Notes under the pieces: generated by a model
What the model was told of the DNA's origin: nothing
The model's input: only the letters and a program-made list of their open reading frames with translations
Database searches by the model: none
Position numbers and translations under genes: made by a program
From: an uncultured Candidatus Peregrinibacteria bacterium
GTDB taxonomy: Bacteria > Patescibacteriota > Gracilibacteria > UBA1369 > LOWO2-01-FULL-3
Reading direction: 5' to 3'
Assembly (NCBI GenBank): GCA_903847465.1
Contig: CAINDQ010000093.1
Coordinates: 1-54,580 of the forward strand
Length of the DNA: 54,580 bases
Shown: one piece after another, positions 35,196-41,944 of the stretch
How the letters are laid out: each line of letters opens with the position of its first letter
How positions within the stretch are numbered: the first letter of the stretch is position 1

Positions 35196-37898
35196 TTATT
35201 TTCCTCCAAGTTCTCCGAGGAAGCGTCTTTCAACAATGAAAGGTTTTTTGTCCGGATCACTCAAAGAAAAAACCAGAGCGTTCTTTTTTCCAACTCCGGC
35301 AACGTCAGCGTCCATTAACCATATTTTATAATCATCTGTTCCTTTTGAAATAACCTCTACGAATGTTCCAACTGGAAAATTGCGGCCATCCTCGGTTAGA
35401 ACCCATTCTGTTGTTCGGAATGATCCTTCGAGTGCTTTTGGGGCTTCGTGTCTTTCGGGCACATTGTGTCTGTCATGAGGTCCTCTGCGATATGATTGGG
35501 GATGTGGAGAATATGATGGTCGTGTGTATGGCGGCGTTTGACGTGATGAAGTTGGAGGTGGCGCAACTGGTGGTGCTGGTCGTGCAGTCGGTGGCGCACT
35601 TGGTGTGACCTGTGGTGTTGGTCGTGCGGTCGGTGGCGCACTTGGTGCAACCGGTGGCTTTGGCGGCGCAGGCGATCGATGTGGCTCCAATCCTTCCTGA
35701 GTAGCAATTACTCCGCTGTCTCCTATTCTCGATCTACTTGCATAATCTATCTCATACGACCTTAGGGGTCCTGTTTGAGTAGCCTGAGCTGGTGGAAATG
35801 TCTGCTGAGGATGCTGGTCTCTCGCGTCGCCCACAATATTCAAAACTCTTTCCGGAATTGTTCCGTAGCCCACTTCTTTACCTTCATTGTTTAGCAAAAC
35901 AATGGCGACTTCTCCCGGTTTTATTTTCACATCATTGAATCTTGGGTGACCTGAAGCGATGACTCGGATTTTGTAATCTTTTAATTTTCCATACGGCACG
36001 CTTTCTCCTCTGACAGAATAAATTTTTGGGTCTCTAAATTTTTCACCATCTTTTGGCGGAGATGCTTCCGGATAACTTCCTTGAGACATCGAAGCAATTC
36101 CTGCCACAACCAAATCTCTCGTGTCTACGAAAAATGCCTCTGGATATCGCGAATTTGCGTCTGATGATCTTATCACAAGTGTTTGGCCACTCTGGACATA
36201 CATAACCTCTCCGTGAGCTCTGTGATGCGGAGTTATTCTTCTTAATCTTTCTCCCTGTAGCTTTGGATGTCTCGTAACTTCATATTCAAAATTGTCAGCA
36301 TATATTTCTCTTCTTTCTTTGCCGCGATATTCTTTGGACATTGGATCGACGACTTTTCTTTCTGGCTGCTGGGGAGCTGGAACAACTGGTGCGACTGGCT
36401 GAACTGGCGCAGGAGGTGGAGCGACAGGGGGAGCTACGGGAGGCGCAACCGGCGGAGAAGTTGGTGCCGGTGGAGGAGCAATTGGTTGTGCTTTTGGAGC
36501 CTCTGGTGATGGAAGAACGACGGGTGGAATGACCGGAGGAGTATTTGCTTTTGTCTTCGTTATTACTCTTGTGTGAACGCTTGGTTTGGCGCCCCATTCT
36601 AATCGATATCCTTTTTGTTTTGAATGAGTCAGACCTTTCCCGCCCATTTTTTTACGAGGGTGAATGTATTCCGCTAAATGCATGTCCATTTTGTCCAATA
36701 TTGATTCAAGCCTTTGTCTTTTTTCTTCTGGGAATTCTTCTTCGCTCAAAAATATCAAACCGTGCTCTTGATCGGTAACTTCGATGAATCGATTTAGAAT
36801 TGTCACAATGTCGGCTGGGCTATGGGCAATTCTTTCGGCATGTTTTGAAAAATGCTCTTTGAAAGAAGGCTTCTCTCCGACTTCTCTGAGTGGAAATTGT
36901 TTGTCGTGAACAATTCTGGAAGCTTCGAGCAGAAGGCTTTTTAATTGTTTTAAAGCTCCGACTATTTCGTGATTGTATGGTTCTGTTTTTAGGGCAGTCT
37001 GTAACTCTTCGACTCCATATCGAGCAAAATTTGCCCCTTTTTCCGGCTGAAAATCTTCTAATTCCAAAGGTTTTTTCAAAGACTTTTCGGCTACCACAAC
37101 ATCTTCCATTTCTTCATTCGCAAAATCAGCATGAGCTTCAAATATTCCAGCAAGAATTCTATCGATGCGCATTCTGGCTTCTCTCATGCAGTCAACAACC
37201 ATTTCGCTGATCGCTCTTTCTCTAGCAGAGACTTGTTCTGTCAAAATTTTCAAAGCTCCGGAAAGTCGAACAATCGCTGACCTGATCATGGCAATTGCTT
37301 TTTCAACTGCGGGACCATTTTTTAGATTTTCGACGGCTGTTGATTTGGCGACAGGCTTGTCCACTTTGGCAGAAGGCAAGACCGCTGCTTGCTCACGACC
37401 TTCAAGCAAATCTTCTATTCCATCCCTGATATGCTCTGGAGAAAGCCCAACTTGGATTGTTGCCAACGGCCGTAATTCTCCATTTGGAGCACGATCTGAA
37501 TCTTCTGCTCTTGTTTCAATTGCTCTTTTTACTATTTCTGAAGGATCTAGACCTTTCGCCATTCCTTTCCCAATTTCAGCTAGTCCAGCCAATTTAATTT
37601 TGCCAAGTTCAAAAAGTCTTCTGGCAACCGGACAAGAATCTATAGCCGCCGCTTCGTTGGCCATGTTGATTATTCCCTGAAAACTATACGCTAATTCCGG
37701 AGGCAAAGATCTTGCTAAAAAATTGGATGCGCCATTAAGAGACATCCCTGTGACCACCATAACCTGATCCACCAAAGCTTTATAAAGTCGTGCTTTTCCA
37801 ATTTGGTCACCACCATCAATAGCCCGGATGCTTTCCAATAAAGTTGGATCCATTACTCCGTCAATGCTATCTGCTAAATCTGGAGCGACTTCCGCCAT
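35196..37898 (-). CDS. hypothetical 900-aa protein with two proline-rich linkers and no TM or signal peptide
   Basis: Long uninterrupted ORF. Helical N-terminal half. The first Pro tract, APPVAPPVAPPVAPPPAP, lies at ~36400-36480. The second holds a duplicated PSAPPTARP unit at ~35540-35650. No motif I can assign. Confidence 0.8.
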   Translation of the reverse strand: MAEVAPDLADSIDGVMDPTLLESIRAIDGGDQIGKARLYKALVDQVMVVTGMSLNGASNFLARSLPPELAYSFQGIINMANEAAAIDSCPVARRLFELGKIKLAGLAEIGKGMAKGLDPSEIVKRAIETRAEDSDRAPNGELRPLATIQVGLSPEHIRDGIEDLLEGREQAAVLPSAKVDKPVAKSTAVENLKNGPAVEKAIAMIRSAIVRLSGALKILTEQVSARERAISEMVVDCMREARMRIDRILAGIFEAHADFANEEMEDVVVAEKSLKKPLELEDFQPEKGANFARYGVEELQTALKTEPYNHEIVGALKQLKSLLLEASRIVHDKQFPLREVGEKPSFKEHFSKHAERIAHSPADIVTILNRFIEVTDQEHGLIFLSEEEFPEEKRQRLESILDKMDMHLAEYIHPRKKMGGKGLTHSKQKGYRLEWGAKPSVHTRVITKTKANTPPVIPPVVLPSPEAPKAQPIAPPPAPTSPPVAPPVAPPVAPPPAPVQPVAPVVPAPQQPERKVVDPMSKEYRGKERREIYADNFEYEVTRHPKLQGERLRRITPHHRAHGEVMYVQSGQTLVIRSSDANSRYPEAFFVDTRDLVVAGIASMSQGSYPEASPPKDGEKFRDPKIYSVRGESVPYGKLKDYKIRVIASGHPRFNDVKIKPGEVAIVLLNNEGKEVGYGTIPERVLNIVGDARDQHPQQTFPPAQATQTGPLRSYEIDYASRSRIGDSGVIATQEGLEPHRSPAPPKPPVAPSAPPTARPTPQVTPSAPPTARPAPPVAPPPTSSRQTPPYTRPSYSPHPQSYRRGPHDRHNVPERHEAPKALEGSFRTTEWVLTEDGRNFPVGTFVEVISKGTDDYKIWLMDADVAGVGKKNALVFSLSDPDKKPFIVERRFLGELGGK

Positions 37899-37980
37899 GT
37901 AAAATTGATGTTATGTTTGGAGGTGTAAGTTATATAATGCAGATGACTTTGTCAAAACTTTACAAGATAATGAAATTGAC

Positions 37981-38535
37981 ATGGACAATTTGATTCAAAA
38001 ATATTTGCTTTCACTCGCGAGAAAAACAATCGCGGAAGATCTTGGGGTGGAATGTGAGGTCTTGGTGCGACCTGAGGATGCCGAAATTTTGAAGGAGAAA
38101 AGAGGAGTTTTTGTGACGCTGAATATTGGAAAAGAACTTCGTGGATGTATTGGAAATATTATTCCGATTTATACTTTGGAAAATGCGGTGAAGAAAAATG
38201 CAATCAATGCGGCATTTGAAGATCCGAGATTTTGGCCGATTACTAAGGAAGAATTCGGGGAAGTGAGACTCGAAATTTCTGTTCTGACCGTGCCAAAAAG
38301 AATGGAATATAAAAACGCTGATGATTTACTTGAGAAACTTACGCCACTCAAAGATGGCGTCATTTTGCGAAAACTATCTTACGAGGCGACTTATCTGCCA
38401 CAGGTTTGGGAAGACCTCATGGACAAAGAGCAATTCCTCGGAAGTTTATGTGTGAAAGCTGGCATGAATGCTGGCGAATGGAAAAAAGCGGACCTAGTTG
38501 TGGAGACATATCAGGCGGAGGTTTTTGGAGAATGA
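37981..38535 (+). CDS. amrA: AmmeMemoRadiSam system protein A (AMMECR1 domain)
   Basis: GVFVTLNIGKELRGCIGNIIP, AAFEDPRFWPI, EISVLT and YLPQVWE match the AMMECR1 signature. At 184 aa it has typical family length and ends at TGA. Confidence 0.85.
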   Translation: MDNLIQKYLLSLARKTIAEDLGVECEVLVRPEDAEILKEKRGVFVTLNIGKELRGCIGNIIPIYTLENAVKKNAINAAFEDPRFWPITKEEFGEVRLEISVLTVPKRMEYKNADDLLEKLTPLKDGVILRKLSYEATYLPQVWEDLMDKEQFLGSLCVKAGMNAGEWKKADLVVETYQAEVFGE

Positions 38536-38536
38536 A

Positions 38537-39040
38537 TTAGGCAACTTTTTTCTGTGTATCTCGGCGAATAGCCTCGAGCTCGTCTCCGATTGGGCGTTCT
38601 TTTTCTTCCACTATTCCAAACGTTTCTTTCAATGCCGAGATATATGCGCTCAATTCTGCAAGAGCTCTTCGGATTGTTCCAGATGGAATATATTCAATAT
38701 CCGTATTTTCTTCTACAAGTTTAATTCTTGGAAGAATTTCTTTTTGAAAAACCCGCAATTGCGCTTCCACAAAAGGGACAAGTCGTTCACTTATTTCCGG
38801 AAAATCAAGGCTTCGGCATTTCGCCAACATCTCTTTTGTATGATAAAAAAGGTTGATTGTTCGAGTGAGAAATCCAGCAGCGATATGGCAAGAACCCGAC
38901 AATCTATCTCCGTGATCCACGTATTTCAACATCGCCTCGACCTCCCGAGTAAGAAGGCCAACTACTTCACTGATAACACTGATTTGTTCTGGTGCGGAAT
39001 CTGGAGCGGGAGAAGACTGTTCTGGAACCCTGGCATTCAT
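38537..39040 (-). CDS. hypothetical protein (167 aa)
   Basis: An ORF convergent on amrA, with the two stops 1 nt apart. Predicted helical and soluble. I recognise no family. Confidence 0.6.
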   Translation of the reverse strand: MNARVPEQSSPAPDSAPEQISVISEVVGLLTREVEAMLKYVDHGDRLSGSCHIAAGFLTRTINLFYHTKEMLAKCRSLDFPEISERLVPFVEAQLRVFQKEILPRIKLVEENTDIEYIPSGTIRRALAELSAYISALKETFGIVEEKERPIGDELEAIRRDTQKKVA

Positions 39041-39129
39041 CGGCTTTTGATTGTTTTAAATGGATTACTTTTTACGCTTATGCACAAAAAAGTCAACGAT
39101 TATTTTTTTGATATTTGGCGCTGAAATTT

Positions 39130-39432
39130 TTACTTTGGCTGAGGGTTGTTGATCTGAACTTCTTGAATCACTTTTTCAATGAATTCACCTACAACCGGCA
39201 CGAAGCTGATTTGTCCCAAAATATAAATAAATAGCGCTACCAAAACCGTAGCCCCGATGACGGAACCAAAGCCAACCATAAGTCCTTTCAAAAGCCCCAT
39301 CCACATCATTCTTCCCGGGTGTTTCAAAACTTGGATTAATTCCATTCCTTTTAATTTTTCGATTTCTTTGGTGAGCGCTTTTACTTCTTTGCTTAATTGG
39401 ATTTCTAGTTTGACGAGTTCTTTGTCGGCCAT
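39130..39432 (-). CDS. small membrane protein with an N-terminal coiled coil and two TMs (DUF5665-like, tentative)
   Basis: KELVKLEIQLSKEVKALTKEIEKLK is followed by GLLKGLMVGFGSVIGATVLVALFIYILG and FVPVVGEFI. The pattern resembles DUF5665 proteins as I recall them. This was not aligned. Confidence 0.6.
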   Translation of the reverse strand: MADKELVKLEIQLSKEVKALTKEIEKLKGMELIQVLKHPGRMMWMGLLKGLMVGFGSVIGATVLVALFIYILGQISFVPVVGEFIEKVIQEVQINNPQPK

Positions 39433-39497
39433 TGGAAGGATTTGTTAGGAAGTTTTTGAGGGTTGGTGTTTGTCTTGGTTCATTATATAATCGGATC

Positions 39498-40034
39498 ATG
39501 AAAATATCTACAAAAACTGGGGACAAAGGAGAAAGTCGACTTTATAGCGGAAGGCATTTGAAAAAATCATCGCTTGTTTTTGAAGTGCTGGGGGATTTTG
39601 ATGAATTGAATGCGGTGCTGGGAATGTGTAAAAGTGTGAAAATTTCTGGGCCGAGAGAAGAGATTACAAAAATTTTGGAAATTATGCAGGTGGATATTTA
39701 TAGAATTATGGCGATTGTGGGGAATGATATGGTGGTGCCGAAAGAGCTGAAAGAAATTGATCGAAAGGATGTTTTGTTGCTGGAGCAATTTATTGAAAAG
39801 TATGAAGAATTGGTTCCAGATCTTGGAAAATTTGTGATGCCGGGGGAAAGTGCTTTGTCTGGAGAATTGCATTTTGCGAGGACAGTATGTCGAAGAGCGG
39901 AGAGAAGATTGGTAGAATATCATGAGGAAATCTTGGCAATTTTTGGCGGAGTGCCGGAATTTATTTTGCAATATACAAACAGGCTTTCGGATTTGCTGTT
40001 TTTGCTTTCAAGAAGCGCTGAAAAGCTAGATTAG
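39498..40034 (+). CDS. ATP:cob(I)alamin adenosyltransferase, PduO type
   Basis: From Met 39498 the protein reads MKISTKTGDKGESRLYSGRHLKK...GDFDELNAVLG...R, the PduO/MMAB N-terminal signature. The ORF track opens at 39432, but homolog N-termini favour 39498. Confidence 0.85.
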   Translation: MKISTKTGDKGESRLYSGRHLKKSSLVFEVLGDFDELNAVLGMCKSVKISGPREEITKILEIMQVDIYRIMAIVGNDMVVPKELKEIDRKDVLLLEQFIEKYEELVPDLGKFVMPGESALSGELHFARTVCRRAERRLVEYHEEILAIFGGVPEFILQYTNRLSDLLFLLSRSAEKLD

Positions 40035-40243
40035 GAGAAAGCGCTAAGCATTGACAAAACGAGGCTTATCTTGTAGGGTAGAGCCTCTTTTGAGTCTATG
40101 ATTGGCATCATCAACGCGATCGATGCTCGTCTCTCGAAAGACGATCATTGACTTGCGTTGTGTTTTAAATAGTTTTCTTTGGAATTCTAAGGTGATCCTT
40201 TCTGGAGACAGAGAGGTGTCAAAATAGGTCCGAGGGGGGTTGA

Positions 40244-40369
40244 ATGATGGACGTTCGCGAAACTTTTGCGGCCACCATCTACTTGCTCACGTTCTTCTTC
40301 GTTGTTGGAATCGTCGTCGGAGTAGTCCAGGCGATCCGCAAGGAAAAGAAGAAAAAGAAGGGGGTTTAG
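40244..40369 (+). CDS. mini single-pass membrane protein (41 aa) with a poly-Lys tail
   Basis: MMDVRETFAATIYLLTFFFVVGIVVGVVQAIRKEKKKKKGV. GAGGGGGG lies 5 nt upstream. It is below the ORF-track cutoff and was translated by hand. Confidence 0.5.
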   Translation: MMDVRETFAATIYLLTFFFVVGIVVGVVQAIRKEKKKKKGV

Positions 40370-40375
40370 AAGATC

Positions 40376-40567
40376 ATGACCGGTCAGTTGACAAAGCCGT
40401 TCATCGGATTGGATCCCGTGACTGGAATGATTGTCTTGGTGGTAGCAGTGACTTTGCTTCTGCTCGCAGCACTCGGCCTCGCAAAGGCCATGTTCTGCAG
40501 CGCGAAGTCGATCGCGCCACCACAAGCGACCAGTCCTGATTCCGATCCACGCGAACCCGATGGCTGA
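40376..40567 (+). CDS. mini single-pass membrane protein (63 aa)
   Basis: TM helix GMIVLVVAVTLLLLAALGL. AAGGGGG lies ~12 nt upstream. GC3-rich. The stop TGA lies inside repeat copy 2. Confidence 0.55.
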   Translation: MTGQLTKPFIGLDPVTGMIVLVVAVTLLLLAALGLAKAMFCSAKSIAPPQATSPDSDPREPDG

Positions 40568-40627
40568 TCCTCTTCTGGAAATGAAGGGGTGTCAAATTGG
40601 CTACACTTTTGCACGGAGAGACACGTA

Positions 40628-40834
40628 ATGGCCGAAGAAGCCACCACTACGACAATCTCGTTCCTTGAGCGAGTGAACAACGGGGAAGGGCCTGCAACAG
40701 TCACGCTCGTCCTGCTCGTCGTCCTCGCCGTCATCACCTTCATGATCATCGCGATTCGCATGGTCGGGCCGAAAAAGCCGATCAGCGAAACCGCTCAGGC
40801 CGGCGAAACCGATCCGACCCGCACCAAGGGCTGA
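40628..40834 (+). CDS. mini single-pass membrane protein (68 aa from ATG 40628; ORF open from GTG 40589)
   Basis: TM helix VTLVLLVVLAVITFMIIAI. GGAGAG lies 8 nt upstream of ATG 40628. The stop TGA lies inside repeat copy 3. Confidence 0.55.
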   Translation: MAEEATTTTISFLERVNNGEGPATVTLVLLVVLAVITFMIIAIRMVGPKKPISETAQAGETDPTRTKG

Positions 40835-40866
40835 TCCTTTCTGGAAACGAAGGAGGGCCTATCGTC

Positions 40867-41019
40867 ATGAATGAATTTTCGGAATTCGCGAACGGAGTGA
40901 CGACAGTCGTACTGATTGTCCTTGCCGTCGCCCCTACCCTCGGACTGATCGCTTACGGGCTCTGGTCGAGAAAGCCAGATCCCCAAACGATCAACGATTC
41001 TAGACGGATCGCCAGCTAA
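40867..41019 (+). CDS. mini single-pass membrane protein (50 aa)
   Basis: MNEFSEFANGVTTVVLIVLAVAPTLGLIAYGLWSRKPDPQTINDSRRIAS. GAAGGAGGG lies 9 nt upstream. Translated by hand. Confidence 0.5.
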   Translation: MNEFSEFANGVTTVVLIVLAVAPTLGLIAYGLWSRKPDPQTINDSRRIAS

Positions 41020-41109
41020 AGCGATCTTACCTGAACCAAGGGCTGATCCTCTTCTGAGAATGAAGGGGTGTCTCGTCGGGAAAAGTTTTCTGAATGAGGG
41101 GGTTTCCGG

Positions 41110-41445
41110 ATGGACTTTCTGGCCTTGCACTACAGGACCGTAATCGTCGTCAGCGTCGTGGTCATCGTGCTGCTCGTCATCTTCGTTCCGCTGGCGGTTC
41201 ACTGCTTCGGCAAGAAGAAGCCGGCGGAACCGATCGAGTGGCACCCGGACGAGCGCATGCGCGAGCGCGGCACGACGGCTCAATCCGCTTCGGAACAATC
41301 CTCGCGCCCTCCGCGACATACCGCCCTGATCCTGCGTGATCGTGGCGGCCACAGATGCTGCAGCGGCGGTGACGTTCACCCCTGCGGCGGCAAATGCGCC
41401 TGCCAGAAGGGTCCCGGCAACATGCCGGACCACATCGATGCCTGA
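41110..41445 (+). CDS. single-pass membrane protein (111 aa) with a Cys/His-rich C-terminal tail
   Basis: TM helix TVIVVSVVVIVLLVIFVPLAV. Tail HRCCSGGDVHPCGGKCACQKGPGNMPDH. GAGGGGG lies 8 nt upstream. Confidence 0.55.
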   Translation: MDFLALHYRTVIVVSVVVIVLLVIFVPLAVHCFGKKKPAEPIEWHPDERMRERGTTAQSASEQSSRPPRHTALILRDRGGHRCCSGGDVHPCGGKCACQKGPGNMPDHIDA

Positions 41446-41497
41446 CAAGATGGTCTTGGCGGACCAAACCTCGAAAGAGTGAAAGCTGAGTAGCGTC

Positions 41498-41596
41498 ATG
41501 ACGACCCTCTACATCATCACTTTCGTTGCGGTCTTCGTTGCGATCAACTACGGCTTCATCTGCGCCAGAAGGATCTGCGCGACGGTCAAGAAGTAG
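41498..41596 (+). CDS. mini hydrophobic peptide (32 aa)
   Basis: MTTLYIITFVAVFVAINYGFICARRICATVKK. The SD is weak. It is the last ORF before the terminal hairpins. Translated by hand. Confidence 0.35.
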   Translation: MTTLYIITFVAVFVAINYGFICARRICATVKK

Positions 41597-41628
41597 CGCC
41601 CAAACCCATTCCGCCAAGACATTCGAGG

Positions 41629-41696
41629 CGAGGGGACGGGGCGCACGCGTGCGCCCCGCCCCTCGAGCCCTTGAAGTAGTTCTCAAAAACTACTTC
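41629..41696 (+). terminator. two consecutive stable hairpins at the end of island 2 (terminator candidate, no U-tract)
   Basis: CGAGGGG(A)CGGGGCGCA-CGCG-TGCGCCCCG-CCCCTCG spans 41629-41665 and contains a 20-nt perfect palindrome. GAAGTAGTT-ctcaaa-AACTACTTC follows at 41673-41696. Confidence 0.5.
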
Positions 41697-41794
41697 TCCA
41701 AAAGAAAGCCTTCTAATTTCACAACGCAAGTCTTACTCTTTTTTCACTTCACCAAGGCGGGTGGAGGTTATTTTGGCGATTCGTAAAATTTTCA

Positions 41795-41818
41795 AATTTT
41801 CCGATTTTTTTACTTTTT
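41795..41818. repeat. AT-rich intergenic element, copy C
   Basis: AATTTTCCGATTTTTTTACTTTTT is exact. A partial duplicate, GTAAAATTTTC, precedes it at 41783-41793. It lies 127 nt upstream of the korA-like start. Confidence 0.85.
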
Positions 41819-41906
41819 TACCAACCGCGAAACGAGAACCCTGGACATTCCCGAGGAGAAAAAGAAAGACACGCTTCCGCTTTGGCGTAGGTAGATTTAG
41901 ACTTAT

Positions 41907-41935
41907 TTGCGGTTGAGCTTTGGAATTGCTAGAAT
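41907..41935 (+). promoter_or_regulatory. promoter candidate, TTGCGG-17 nt-TAGAAT
   Basis: Hexamers lie at 41907-41912 and 41930-41935, 10 nt upstream of the ATG at 41945 (short or no leader). Confidence 0.3.
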
Positions 41936-41944
41936 GGACACACG

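Larger units (their letters stand above)
40193..41072 (+). repeat. four dispersed direct copies of a ~30-nt junction element, TGATCCT(C)TTCTGGAAA(T/C)GAAGGGGTGTC
   Basis: Copies lie at 40193-40224, 40565-40596, 40832-40858 and 41044-41072. Predicted hairpins are CCUUUCU/AGAGAGG, CCUCUUC/GAAGGGG, CCUUUC/GAAGG and CCUCUUC/GAAGGGG, with compensatory changes between them. Confidence 0.8.
40040..41700 (+). other. GC-rich compositional island 2: array of mini membrane-protein ORFs
   Basis: A hand count of line 41161-41220 gives 34/60 G+C. Plus-strand ORFs have GC3-rich codons. AT-rich native sequence flanks both sides. Confidence 0.7.

Noticed and set aside
40051-40092. TTGACA-17-TAGGGT promoter-like site overlapping a GAGGCT...AGCCTC-TTTT hairpin
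   Set aside because: The -10 hexamer is poor. The hairpin has only 6 bp and a 15-nt loop. The two readings, promoter for island 2 or terminator for the PduO-type gene, conflict. Neither can be supported from sequence alone.
40384-41686. Long minus-strand ORFs in island 2 (40384..40761, 40795..41499, 41177..41686) and plus-strand ORFs 40240..40539, 41094..41339 and 41526..41786
   Set aside because: They are Arg/Ala/Ser-rich mirror frames of GC-rich sequence, with no SD and no hydrophobic or domain pattern. The plus-strand mini-ORFs have SDs, GC3 bias and TM helices. This remains the main alternative and needs strand-specific expression data to test.
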